Shown: piece after piece, positions 17,323 to 27,208 of the stretch
How the letters are laid out: each line of letters starts with the position of its first letter
Position numbering within the stretch: position 1 is the stretch's first letter
The notes under the pieces: generated by a model
Databases searched by the model: none
Told to the model about the DNA's origin: nothing
Seen by the model: only the letters and a program-made list of their open reading frames with translations
Program-made: the position numbers and the translations under genes
NCBI GenBank assembly: GCA_964425485.1
Contig: CAYRML010000003.1
Span: 1 to 43,013 of the forward strand
Direction: 5' to 3'
Length of the DNA stretch: 43,013 bases
DNA from: an uncultured Peptococcaceae bacterium
Lineage (GTDB): Bacteria > Bacillota > Dehalobacteriia > UBA4068

Positions 17323-17859
17323 TCAGTGATATTTGCGATAATGATAGCGTTTGTATTCCCTCTGCACCTGCATCCTGTGCAAGATAAATTGCATAGGCAC
17401 ATAAACAGCCAGGCTGAGTGCCGTATTATACAAACTTTGGGGCAGCACATCGGAAATAAAAGAGCCGGTAAAAAGCAGAGGAGCCGCGATGATCTGCGCC
17501 AATACCAGATACAGGCTACCGAAAATAAAGCTGCCGATGAAGACAGCAAGCAACGGCATCAGCAAATTTTCCTGATAAAAGCGGGCCCTTAGATATGCTA
17601 TGACATAGGCCGCAAAAGCATAAGAGAGGATGCTGAGGCCGATATACCTGCCGATCATCAAATCCTCAACCAGGCCCACAACGGCGCCCCAAAAGGCCGC
17701 CTGATATGGCCTTTTGACCAGCGCCGTAAAAATTACAAAATAGATTATCAGATTGGGCGAGACGCCGCCTAAGGCAATGGCTGGCATCAGTGTCTCGTTA
17801 AAGACCAAAGCGGCCAAAAAAAGGATGATTACTACCACATGGCGTGTGCTGATTTTCAT
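17323..17859 (-). CDS. mreD: Rod shape-determining protein MreD
   Basis: Polytopic membrane protein with PNL and GLVEDL motifs; between mreC and mrdA. Confidence 0.9.
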   Translation of the reverse strand: MKISTRHVVVIILFLAALVFNETLMPAIALGGVSPNLIIYFVIFTALVKRPYQAAFWGAVVGLVEDLMIGRYIGLSILSYAFAAYVIAYLRARFYQENLLMPLLAVFIGSFIFGSLYLVLAQIIAAPLLFTGSFISDVLPQSLYNTALSLAVYVPMQFILHRMQVQREYKRYHYRKYH

Positions 17860-18779
17860 CGGGCCGACACCTCGCCTTCAATGCCGGAGGCCTGGCCCTC
17901 CCTGTTTTCCTCATCATGATTCTGCGTGACCACCGGAGACTCGTCACCGCCGCTTTGCGTCACATTGGTCAAGACCAGCACATTACTCAGGCGGTCGAAA
18001 TCGACAAAAGGCTCTACTGTGGCCTGCTGCATCAAGCCGCCCTGCACGGAAGTCACATTATTGATATAGCCGATGCGTAAGCCCCGTGGGAAAATACCGC
18101 CCAGGCCGGACGAGATAACGGTCTGGCCCGTGCTGATCTTGGCATCCGCCGGTATATGTATCATATAAAGGCTGTCGGAATTATAGCCGTTGCCAGCCAC
18201 CACACCGGCGGTTTGGCTGGTCTGAACCACGGCAGAGACGGCACATTCCTGATCAATGATCAAAAGCACCTCCGCGGTGGTGGCACTGACCAAATTGATG
18301 CGCCCCACCAGCCCTTCGGCCGTGATGACCGGCATATTCTTGCTAAAGCCCTGATCCTTGCCTCCCTTGATGGTGATGGTATTATACCAAGATTTGCTGC
18401 TGCGGGCCACCACCGTGCTGGCCACCGGCTGCCAATCGGCAAGCTCGTCCGCAATATTGAGCAAATCCTTTAGATAGCTGTTTTCGCGCTTGGCATCCTG
18501 CAGGGCCGCCACTTCCGCCTCTAAGGACGCCACCCGCTCCTTCAAGGCCGTATTCTCTTCTAGCAATTGATCTACATCGACAAAATTATCGGAGATGGCG
18601 GAAGTATTGCCCACAAGCGAAGTTACCCCACCTTTCAGTGGGGCCGAAGCATCTCTGACCACGCCCTCCAAGCCGGATATGGAATCCCTGTTTGTGCCGG
18701 TGGCGGAAGCTAAAAACAATATCAAAACCACCGCCACAGCGATGATAACAATTATGATTTTTTTATTGAGTTTCCTCAA
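17856..18779 (-). CDS. mreC: Rod shape-determining protein MreC
   Basis: N-terminal TM, coiled coil, GLVGRI, SSGLGGIFPRG and PFVDF. Confidence 0.93.
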   Translation of the reverse strand: MRKLNKKIIIVIIAVAVVLILFLASATGTNRDSISGLEGVVRDASAPLKGGVTSLVGNTSAISDNFVDVDQLLEENTALKERVASLEAEVAALQDAKRENSYLKDLLNIADELADWQPVASTVVARSSKSWYNTITIKGGKDQGFSKNMPVITAEGLVGRINLVSATTAEVLLIIDQECAVSAVVQTSQTAGVVAGNGYNSDSLYMIHIPADAKISTGQTVISSGLGGIFPRGLRIGYINNVTSVQGGLMQQATVEPFVDFDRLSNVLVLTNVTQSGGDESPVVTQNHDEENREGQASGIEGEVSAR

Positions 18780-18809
18780 TTACAACACTCTTTCCGCTTT
18801 AGTATTGAT

Positions 18810-19829
18810 CTATCTTCTGCGGCGATGTCTGCCTTTGCTGGCATCGATATTCTTCAGCGCGATACCGGTGCCGATGACCACGGCAGAAAGCGGATCTTCC
18901 GCCAGATGGGCGACTATACCTGTTTCCGAAGATACCACTTTTTGCAAACCATAGAGCAAAGAGCCGCCGCCGGCGAACATGATGCCTCTATCCATGATAT
19001 CGGCGGAAAGTTCCGGCGGAGTATCCTCCAGGCAAGCCTTGATACAGCCCACGATAGACGCCACCGGCTCCGCCAAAGCCACATTGACTTCTTTGGCTGT
19101 CACGGTGACCGTGCGCGGCAGTCCGCTGACCGTATCGCGGCCCCGCACTTCCATAGATTTGGAATAATACTCATCATCCAAAAAGGCGCTGCCGATCTCG
19201 ATCTTGATCTGCTCTGCCGTGCGCTCCCCGATCAAAAGGTTATATGTACGGCGGATATGATTAGTGATGGCATTATCCATGCCGTCGCCGGCCATCCTGA
19301 TAGAATTGACCGTGACTACGCCGCCCAAAGAAATGACGGCCGCTTCCGTGGTGCCGCCACCGATATCCACGATCATATTGCCTGTAGGATGGAAAACATC
19401 CAGGCCGGAGCCTATGGCCGCGGCCATAGGTTCGGCGATCAGATGCGCTTCCGAGGCGCCAGCAGCTAAAGTCGCTTCCTTGACGGCCCGCTCTTCCACC
19501 GTGGTCACGCCGGAAGGGATGCAAACCACGACTCTGATCTTGCTGAAAAGGCCCTTCTTTTCCACCGCTTTGCTGATAAAATATTTGAGCATGCTCTGTG
19601 TATAATCATAATCGGCAATTACGCCGTCCTTGATGGGCCGGATGGCGATGATATTGCCGGGTGTGCGTCCGATCATTTGCTTGGCTTCGGCGCCCACCGC
19701 CAAAACCTGCTTACTATCCACATCTACAGCCACCACCGAAGGCTCTCTTAAAACAACGCCTTCCCCTTCTACATGAACCAATGTGTTGGCAGTGCCTAAA
19801 TCTATACCGATATCCTTGTTGAACAACAT
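18810..19829 (-). CDS. mreB: Actin-like rod shape-determining protein MreB
   Basis: [28 protein letters not shown] and IGERTAE. Confidence 0.97.
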   Translation of the reverse strand: MLFNKDIGIDLGTANTLVHVEGEGVVLREPSVVAVDVDSKQVLAVGAEAKQMIGRTPGNIIAIRPIKDGVIADYDYTQSMLKYFISKAVEKKGLFSKIRVVVCIPSGVTTVEERAVKEATLAAGASEAHLIAEPMAAAIGSGLDVFHPTGNMIVDIGGGTTEAAVISLGGVVTVNSIRMAGDGMDNAITNHIRRTYNLLIGERTAEQIKIEIGSAFLDDEYYSKSMEVRGRDTVSGLPRTVTVTAKEVNVALAEPVASIVGCIKACLEDTPPELSADIMDRGIMFAGGGSLLYGLQKVVSSETGIVAHLAEDPLSAVVIGTGIALKNIDASKGRHRRRR

Positions 19830-19868
19830 AAAAATCTCCTTTTTCCTAAAAATACATGCTATTTATTA

Positions 19869-19897
19869 ATTATATGATAAAAAGATTTCTCTTACAA
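19869..19897 (-). promoter_or_regulatory. Sigma-A promoter of mreB
   Basis: TTGTAA-17 nt-TATAAT. Confidence 0.6.
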
Positions 19898-19982
19898 GCT
19901 TTGCTGACGCATTTACTAATATTTCCTTAATTTCGCCTCATATTTAACAGACTGCCGGTGCTAAAAGGATGTTCGTGCCGAC

Positions 19983-20570
19983 TCAAAAAATCTTTTTATC
20001 CAGCTTGGCTAACAGCCGGGCCAGAAGAAAAGTGGAGAGCCCCACCACCGTGCCATGATCGCCTTCTATCTTCTCGATAAAAACGCTGCCCAGGCCCTGT
20101 ATGCCATAGGCGCCGGCTTTATCCATTGGCTCTTTGGTCGCGATATAAGCAGCTATATCCGCTTTGGACAAAGGCCGGAAAAAGACTTTGGTTACGCTGC
20201 AATCGCTGATCCGGCAGCTTGTGCCCCCATCAATCAGCGCGATAGAGCTGTAGACCTCATGCGACGAGCCCGATAAAAAGGACAGCATGGCCGCGGCATC
20301 AGCCTCGTCCTGCGGCTTGCCCAAGACCCTGCCGTCTTTGACCACGATGGTGTCGGCAGCAATGATCAGCTTGTCCCGCACTGTTTTGGCCGCCTCCTTG
20401 GCCTTGGCCTCGGCATTGGCAATGACTATATCGCATGGCCGGCCCTTGCTGATCTCCTCCACATCCGTTGCGATGACCTGAGGATATAGGCCCAAAGACT
20501 GCAATATGTCAAGCCGTCTTGGCGAAGCACTGGCCAAAACTACCTGCTCAGAAACGATTTTCGTAGTCAT
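19983..20570 (-). CDS. maf: Maf-family nucleoside triphosphate pyrophosphatase
   Basis: LASASPRR, ADTIV, GKP and DKAGAYGIQG. Start moved to ATG 20570 after CAGGAGG. Confidence 0.93.
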   Translation of the reverse strand: MTTKIVSEQVVLASASPRRLDILQSLGLYPQVIATDVEEISKGRPCDIVIANAEAKAKEAAKTVRDKLIIAADTIVVKDGRVLGKPQDEADAAAMLSFLSGSSHEVYSSIALIDGGTSCRISDCSVTKVFFRPLSKADIAAYIATKEPMDKAGAYGIQGLGSVFIEKIEGDHGTVVGLSTFLLARLLAKLDKKIF

Positions 20571-21888
20571 GTTCCACACCTCCTGCTTTGCTGGCGCCAT
20601 ATTTTTGCAGCATCCATTTGCGGGCATCTGCCAAAAGATAAAGCGAGCCGCAGACCAGTAACAAGCTCTCTTCGTCCAGCCGGGCCAAAGCCTGGTCGCA
20701 GGCCGCCGTGATATCTTCTTTTGTGCAAACAGGGACGCCCTTTTCTGCGGCCAGTTCAGCCAAATATTGCCAATCGCCGGCCCGCCGATTCGGCGGCCTG
20801 GTGATGATCAGCTGATCCAGTTGCGGCAATATCTTTTCCAGTGCCGCTCGCCTGTCCTTATCGGCCAGCATGCCCATGACGGCCACGATCTTTTTCTGCG
20901 GCCAATATTCCTGCAAACTGGCAGAAAGCGCCTCCATGCCATGGCTGTTATGAGCGCCGTCCATGACGATGAGCGGCTGCTGGCTGATGATCTCCAAGCG
21001 GCCCGGCCAATCGGTTTTAGCCAAACCCCCTCTGATCGCCGCCTCGTCCAGACCGGCCGTTTCCGCCGCGGCCACAGCCAAGGCAGCATTGGACAGCTGA
21101 TATTGACCAAGCAAAGGCAAAAATAACTCCTTATACTCGGCTTTTTGCGTCCTGATATCAAAAGTCTGGCCCACATGGCCCGCCGCCAAAGAATAGGAGC
21201 GCGGATAATAACAAAAATCGCGCGGCAGCACTTGCAGCCGGGTATTCATACGGCAGGCTCTTTCCTCTATGATGCGCAGAGCCTCTGCTTCGGCGCCCGT
21301 GATGGCGGCGCAATCAGCTTTGATAATGCCTGCCTTGACGGTTGCGATCTCCGCCACCGTATCACCCAAATATTTACGGTGATCCAAAGCCACATTGGTA
21401 ATTACGGCCAGCCGCGCATCGATGGCATTGGTGGAATCGATGCTGCCGCCCATTCCCGTCTCGATGACGGCCCAATCCACCCGGCGGCGGGCGAAATAGA
21501 GCAAAGCCAAGGCTGTGCCGGCCTCAAATTCCGTGGGGCTTTCGAAGCCCTCGGCCACCATCTCGTTGATATGAACGGAGATCTCACTCACAAGTGAGGC
21601 CACTTTCTCCTCCGATATCAGGCGGCCATCGATGCGATAACGCTCACGATAGCTGTGCAGATGCGGAGAGGAGAAAAAACCCGTCTTCAAACCGGCCTCC
21701 CTCAAAATGGAGGCCAGCATGGCAGAGACCGAGCCTTTGCCGTTGGTGCCGGCGATATGGGCAAACTTAATGCCCGCTCGGTGCGGGTCACCCAAACGAC
21801 GCAGCAGCTCCTCGACACGACTCAGCCCCTGATTGATTCCGAATTTAGTTAATTCCTGCAATAGATGCAAGCTTTGCTGATAGTCCAT
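20548..21888 (-). CDS. folC: Folylpolyglutamate synthase / dihydrofolate synthase
   Basis: HIAGTNGKGS, SPHL, ETGMGG..DSTN, WPGRLE, DGAHN and GSLYL. Confidence 0.95.
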   Translation of the reverse strand: MDYQQSLHLLQELTKFGINQGLSRVEELLRRLGDPHRAGIKFAHIAGTNGKGSVSAMLASILREAGLKTGFFSSPHLHSYRERYRIDGRLISEEKVASLVSEISVHINEMVAEGFESPTEFEAGTALALLYFARRRVDWAVIETGMGGSIDSTNAIDARLAVITNVALDHRKYLGDTVAEIATVKAGIIKADCAAITGAEAEALRIIEERACRMNTRLQVLPRDFCYYPRSYSLAAGHVGQTFDIRTQKAEYKELFLPLLGQYQLSNAALAVAAAETAGLDEAAIRGGLAKTDWPGRLEIISQQPLIVMDGAHNSHGMEALSASLQEYWPQKKIVAVMGMLADKDRRAALEKILPQLDQLIITRPPNRRAGDWQYLAELAAEKGVPVCTKEDITAACDQALARLDEESLLLVCGSLYLLADARKWMLQKYGASKAGGVEHDYENRF

Positions 21889-21929
21889 TTTATCCTGCTT
21901 TTGTTTTATCCTGACTTTATTATCTGATT

Positions 21930-24581
21930 CTATGATTTGAAAAGTTCTAAGCGCGCGGCCAAAGCCTGCGCTTTTTCCTCATATTCGACCTGTTTGGATC
22001 GCTCTTTTTCCACTACTTCCGCCGGTGCTTTGGCCAAAAAGCCGGGGTTTGAGAGCTTGCCTTGCAGCCGCTTCAATTCCTGCTGTGTGCCTGCCAGCTC
22101 TTTTTGCAGACGAGCGGCTTCTTTTTCCAGATCTATTAGCCCCTTCAACGGCACATAGATCTCCACGCCAACGCTGTGGGCGGCCGCAGCTTGCGGCGGC
22201 GGCTGGCTGCCTTTAGACGCTGTTTCGATCTCGTCCACCTGCGCCAAAACGCGGATATAGGCCGCGCCTTCCTCGATAACGGCCAAAGCCTCATCATCGG
22301 CAAAAAGGCTGAGAGCGGCTTTTTTGCCCGGCGGCACATTCATTTCCGCCCGAATATTGCGCACAGAGCGGATTATTTCCATCAACAGCTGCATCTTCTG
22401 CGTATCCTCTTCATAAGCAGCCATTTGCTGCCCGTTAGGATAAGCTGCCAGCATGATGCTTTGGCCTTCATGCGGCAGATGCTGCCACAATTCCTCCGTG
22501 ATGAAAGGCATGAAGGGGTGCAGCAGCTGCAAGATACTGCGCAAAACCGCTGTCAGCACATGCTGTGCCGTATGGCGCTCTTCGGCGCTGCCTTTATAGA
22601 GACGGGCTTTGGCTGTTTCTACATACCAATCGCAGAATTCGTCCCAGGTGAAGTCGTAGATTTCCCTGGCGGCCTCTCCCAGCTCGTATTTTTCTAAATT
22701 ATGATTGACGGCCGCGGCGGTCTGGCGCAACCGATCCAAGATCCAACGGTCGGCTAAAGTTAGTTGCAAGGGATAAGCGCCTTCCTTATAATCCTCCAGG
22801 TTCATGATGGCAAAACGACAGGCATTCCACAGCTTGTTGGCAAAATTGCGCGCCGCCTCCAGCCGCTCTTCCTGAAAACGCAGGTCATTGCCCGGAGTAT
22901 TGCCCGTGATCAGCATAAAGCGCAGAGCGTCGGCGCCGTATTGCTCGATGATTTCGATGGGGTCGATGCCGTTGCCCAATGATTTAGACATCTTGCGACC
23001 CTTGGCATCCAGCACCAGCCCATGGATGAAGACCTCGGAAAAGGGCTTTTGCTCCATAAATTGCAGGCCGGAAAAGATCATGCGCGCCACCCAGAAGAAA
23101 ATGATGTCGCGGCCCGTGACCAGCACATCAGTGGGATAAAACGCATCAAGATCTTCCGTCTTTTGCGGCCAGCCCAAAGTGGAAAAAGGCCACAAAGCCG
23201 AGGAAAACCAGGTGTCGAGCACATCGGGGTCCTGCTCCAGCTGACTGCTGCCGCATTTGGGACATTTATCGGGATCGGTCCTTTGGCAAATGACCTCACC
23301 ACATTCCTTGCAGTACCAAACGGGGATGCGATGGCCCCACCACAGTTGGCGGGAAATGCACCAATCGCGGATATTTTCCATCCAGCCCAGATATATCTTG
23401 GCAAAACGATCCGGCACAAAGCGGATATCGCCACATTTGACGGCCTCGATGGCCGGTTCGGCCAAAGGAGCCATTTTGACGAACCATTGGGGGGAGATCA
23501 GCGGCTCCACCACTGTGCCGCAACGATAGCATTCGCCCACGGCATGTTCCAAATCGGTGATGTCCTGTAAAAGACCAAGTTCCTTGAACTCCGCCACCAG
23601 TTTTTCCCGGCATTCCAGGCTGTCCATACCTGCGTATTTGCCGGCCTCTTCGGTCATTTTGCCGTCCTTGCCGATAACAGTTATCTGCGGCAGATTATGG
23701 CGCATACCGATCTCAAAATCGTTGGGATCATGGGCCGGCGTGATCTTGACGGCGCCGGTGCCGAATTCCGGATCGACATAATCGTCGGCGATAAGAGGTA
23801 TCTCCCTGTTCATGACCGGCAGGATCAGAGTCTTACCCACCAAGCCGGCATAACGGCTGTCATCCGGATGCACGGCCACGGCCGTATCGCCCAGCAAAGT
23901 CTCCGGCCGCGTGGTGGCCACCACCACATAGCCGCTGCCGTCGGCAAAGGGATAGCGCAGATGCCACAGATGGCCGATGCGATCGTTGTGCTCCACCTCG
24001 ATATCGGAGATTGTGGTCTGGCATTTGCTGCACCAATTGACTATATAACTGCCCTTATAAATGAGCCCTTTTTCATATAAACGGACAAAGACCTCGCGCA
24101 CGGCGGCTGAACAGCCCTCGTCCAGGGTGAAGCGCTCGCGCTGCCAATCGCAGGAGGATCCCAAAAGCCGCAGCTGGCGGGTGATGCGATCATGATATTG
24201 GTCCTTCCACTGCCATACTTTTTCCAGAAAGGCCTCGCGCCCCAGATCATATTTGCTGACGCCTTCTTTGGCTAGGCTTTCCTCCACCTTGGCCTGGGTG
24301 GCGATACCGGCATGGTCGGTACCGGGCAGCCACAAAGCACGTCTGCCCTGCATCCGCCGCCAGCGGGTCAATATATCCTGCATAGTATTATCCAAAGCAT
24401 GTCCCATATGCAACTGCCCCGTAACGTTGGGCGGCGGCATGACGATGCAGAAAGGTTCCCCGTCTTTATTGTTATCGCCGCTGAAAAAGCCGCCCTCTTC
24501 CCATTTTTTATAGCATACACCCTCCACTTGCTGCGGATCATAGGTGGTGGAAAGCTGAGAGCTTTGTTTTTCTTTATCCAA
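21930..24581 (-). CDS. valS: Valine--tRNA ligase
   Basis: PPPNVTGQLHMGH, DWCISRQLWWGH, KMSKS and a C-terminal coiled coil; TTG start with GAGGAGG. Confidence 0.98.
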   Translation of the reverse strand: MDKEKQSSQLSTTYDPQQVEGVCYKKWEEGGFFSGDNNKDGEPFCIVMPPPNVTGQLHMGHALDNTMQDILTRWRRMQGRRALWLPGTDHAGIATQAKVEESLAKEGVSKYDLGREAFLEKVWQWKDQYHDRITRQLRLLGSSCDWQRERFTLDEGCSAAVREVFVRLYEKGLIYKGSYIVNWCSKCQTTISDIEVEHNDRIGHLWHLRYPFADGSGYVVVATTRPETLLGDTAVAVHPDDSRYAGLVGKTLILPVMNREIPLIADDYVDPEFGTGAVKITPAHDPNDFEIGMRHNLPQITVIGKDGKMTEEAGKYAGMDSLECREKLVAEFKELGLLQDITDLEHAVGECYRCGTVVEPLISPQWFVKMAPLAEPAIEAVKCGDIRFVPDRFAKIYLGWMENIRDWCISRQLWWGHRIPVWYCKECGEVICQRTDPDKCPKCGSSQLEQDPDVLDTWFSSALWPFSTLGWPQKTEDLDAFYPTDVLVTGRDIIFFWVARMIFSGLQFMEQKPFSEVFIHGLVLDAKGRKMSKSLGNGIDPIEIIEQYGADALRFMLITGNTPGNDLRFQEERLEAARNFANKLWNACRFAIMNLEDYKEGAYPLQLTLADRWILDRLRQTAAAVNHNLEKYELGEAAREIYDFTWDEFCDWYVETAKARLYKGSAEERHTAQHVLTAVLRSILQLLHPFMPFITEELWQHLPHEGQSIMLAAYPNGQQMAAYEEDTQKMQLLMEIIRSVRNIRAEMNVPPGKKAALSLFADDEALAVIEEGAAYIRVLAQVDEIETASKGSQPPPQAAAAHSVGVEIYVPLKGLIDLEKEAARLQKELAGTQQELKRLQGKLSNPGFLAKAPAEVVEKERSKQVEYEEKAQALAARLELFKS

Positions 24582-24738
24582 ATCATTTCCTCCTCTTTTA
24601 CGGCTTGTCCCTGCTCATATTTTGCGAAAAAACGAAGGTAAACTCGCTTTATCTAGCGGACTTTTTACACTTATGGCAAAAATACCGCTAAAAGTTAATA
24701 TTTCTGTCTTTACTAGCGATTTCCTGCCGGAAGACTTT

Positions 24739-25122
24739 CTATTCCTGATTATTTTGCTCCTTGGCCTGTTTGGCTTTGGCTACATTAAGCCCCCAAAATG
24801 AGCCTATCAGAGAAAAGAAAAAAATCACCAGCACCGTTTTGCCGATCATCTGCCAACTTAAAAAGGCCGGCGCGAACCAGACCACGGCAAACATGGTCAC
24901 CGCCAACAAGATCAGCCCGGTAATCATGCCGGCCTTCACGGGATTGGCCTTTGCTTTGAAGCCTGCTCTGGCGGCGGCGGCAAAAACCAGCGCCATCAGC
25001 CAGATGCGGCAAAACAGATAAGCGGAATAAGGCTCCGCCGCTATCGATGCCGCGATAAAAAGATACAGCGCCCCCACCAGCAAGATCACAAATGCCAGCT
25101 TCAAGCCTTGCCAAATCGCCAT
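24739..25122 (-). CDS. Small four-TM membrane protein (possibly TIGR04086/YrzE-like)
   Basis: Four hydrophobic segments and a GxxxG pattern; family assignment tentative. Confidence 0.6.
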   Translation of the reverse strand: MAIWQGLKLAFVILLVGALYLFIAASIAAEPYSAYLFCRIWLMALVFAAAARAGFKAKANPVKAGMITGLILLAVTMFAVVWFAPAFLSWQMIGKTVLVIFFFSLIGSFWGLNVAKAKQAKEQNNQE

Positions 25123-25263
25123 AAAAATCCCGCCTTTTCTGCTTTTTTATAAGCTATTTCCAGGCGGGAGCGATTATGCCGTCTTGCTTAAAAGCAAGCA
25201 TGTACTTTTTGACTTGTACCTTTTCATCTGATAATCCACGGCCTTTTGGTCAATAATAATATA

Positions 25264-26214
25264 TCATAGAACCTCCGGCGGCACCATCTGGAATCTTTCG
25301 CCATATTCCTGCTCTAATTTGCTGATCAGATAGCCCTCGCGCACACCGAAGCGGCTGATGATAATTTTTTTCGGCTGCAAAAAGCTGCTCATATGATAAA
25401 AAGCCATGATGCCCGGCAAGATCATCCTGGTGCGGGAGGAAGATACGCGCCCAAACTGCTGCTGGGCCTGCGGCGGATTATTCATGGCCGAATCGTAGAT
25501 ATCTCCCAGCGCTTTAGGCGTCAGATGATAGGTATGCGAAGGATCCTTGACACCCTTTCTGACACGGTCGATACGAGCTATCATACGGGCCGTGCTGCCA
25601 ACACCCACCAACACATTTTTTTTCTCCAGCGGCTGGACATGGCTTTCCATCATACGCAGGCGCACAAATGCGCAAATGGCCTCCAGCTCCTCCTTGGTGG
25701 GCGGTATCTGCCGCACGAACTGATTGGAGAGCGAAAGGCTGCCAAAGGGCAAAGTGATAGATTCCTGATACTCGCGCTTATGGCAGTTGATGATGCGCGA
25801 GCTAAGGCTGCTAATATCGAGGATGGACGAGCTTTTGACCGTCAGAAAGCCGCTGGCCTCCACGCCCACATATTCATAGCGGGCCTCGTCCTTGGCATTC
25901 ATTATATCGACGGCAAGACCCAATTGCTTTTTGATGCGCTCCATGACCTGAACATGATTTTCCACCTCCAGCCAATAGGCCGTGGCAAAAGGCAGCAGAT
26001 GATCCACACGAAAGACCTGCGCTATGTTGCAGAACTGATCTATGGTGTCCACAAGTAGCTGGCAGCCCTCTTCCGATAAAAAGCCCCGCTGCAGCTCGTC
26101 GGCTTGGCCGACCGATCTTTTTTCATTAAAGATAGCCGAGATTTTGTTCTTTTTTTTATCATATATGACCAGCCTGACGCTGTTACTTCCTATATCTAAG
26201 ATACCATAATACAT
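25264..26214 (-). CDS. Ppx/GppA phosphatase family protein with degenerate active-site motifs
   Basis: GILDIGSNSVRLVIY, DEARY, PFGSL and SxFGVREG are present; the second ASKHA loop reads DISSLSSR. Confidence 0.85.
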   Translation of the reverse strand: MYYGILDIGSNSVRLVIYDKKKNKISAIFNEKRSVGQADELQRGFLSEEGCQLLVDTIDQFCNIAQVFRVDHLLPFATAYWLEVENHVQVMERIKKQLGLAVDIMNAKDEARYEYVGVEASGFLTVKSSSILDISSLSSRIINCHKREYQESITLPFGSLSLSNQFVRQIPPTKEELEAICAFVRLRMMESHVQPLEKKNVLVGVGSTARMIARIDRVRKGVKDPSHTYHLTPKALGDIYDSAMNNPPQAQQQFGRVSSSRTRMILPGIMAFYHMSSFLQPKKIIISRFGVREGYLISKLEQEYGERFQMVPPEVL

Positions 26215-26305
26215 GCTTGAACCTCTTTTTCCTTATTTTTACGATGCTTTTATGGTTTTTATACGCCTTTTTACTTTTTTGATGCTTGCGATGGGAGTCG
26301 ATGAC

Positions 26306-27208
26306 ATGCCGCCAAAATTGTATGCCGCCTGCTGGCTGCTCTTCGTCAGCGCCGTTTGGGGCGGTGCTTTTGTTTTTATGAAAGTGGCTATGGAGGATAT
26401 AACGCCTCTCTATTTCGTCTGCTTCCGCTTCCTTTTGGCCGCCCTGATCATGATAATTTTATGCGGCAAAAGGCTGAAATCCTTTAATAAAAAGCTCTTT
26501 TTCGCCTCTCTCTGGACGGGCATACCGCTGGCTTTGGGCCTAATTTTGCAGACGGTGGGACTGGAGCAAACCACGGTTGCCAACACGGCTTTCATCAGCG
26601 GGCTTTATGTGATCTTTGTTCCTCTCTTGGCCGCCTTCGGCGGCAAAAGACCGCAAAAAAGCCAGATCTTTCTGGTTTGCGTTTCTGTCCTCGGCCTGCT
26701 GATCTTTTCCGGTAATCAAAATTTCCGCATGTCTTGGGGCGACTTCCTCATCCTGCTGTCCGCCCTGGCTTTTGCCTGGCAGCTTTTAGCTGTGGAGCAT
26801 CATGGCAACCGCCACAGCTCTCTTTTGCTGGCCTTCGGTCAGATTTTGGTGGCAGCCATCGTCTGCTCTCTGGCCGCCGTGCTGGCGGAGCCTGTGCCCA
26901 CATTCATCAGTCAATCCGTGCTGATATCGCTTTTGTACTGCGGTATCTTTTCCACGGCTTTGGCCTTTTTGCTGCAAATACGCGCGCAAAGGCTGATACC
27001 GGCCGAAGAGGCCGCCCTGGTCGTCATCAGCGAGGCCCTGTTTGGCGCCTATTTCGGATATTGGCTGCTGGGCGAGACCTTCAGCGATCGGCAGTTGGTG
27101 GGCGCCGTCATCATTATCAGCAGCCTGGTCGGGGCCGCCCTGGTACCCTTCCTGCGGCAACGGTATAAGCGGAAGAGGCACAAGCAGGCGGAGGCCCATT
27201 TTAGGTAG
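26306..27208 (+). CDS. DMT/EamA family transporter
   Basis: VWGGAF, RFLLA, QTVGL...AFISGLYV and two EamA repeats. Start moved to ATG 26306. Confidence 0.9.
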   Translation: MPPKLYAACWLLFVSAVWGGAFVFMKVAMEDITPLYFVCFRFLLAALIMIILCGKRLKSFNKKLFFASLWTGIPLALGLILQTVGLEQTTVANTAFISGLYVIFVPLLAAFGGKRPQKSQIFLVCVSVLGLLIFSGNQNFRMSWGDFLILLSALAFAWQLLAVEHHGNRHSSLLLAFGQILVAAIVCSLAAVLAEPVPTFISQSVLISLLYCGIFSTALAFLLQIRAQRLIPAEEAALVVISEALFGAYFGYWLLGETFSDRQLVGAVIIISSLVGAALVPFLRQRYKRKRHKQAEAHFR

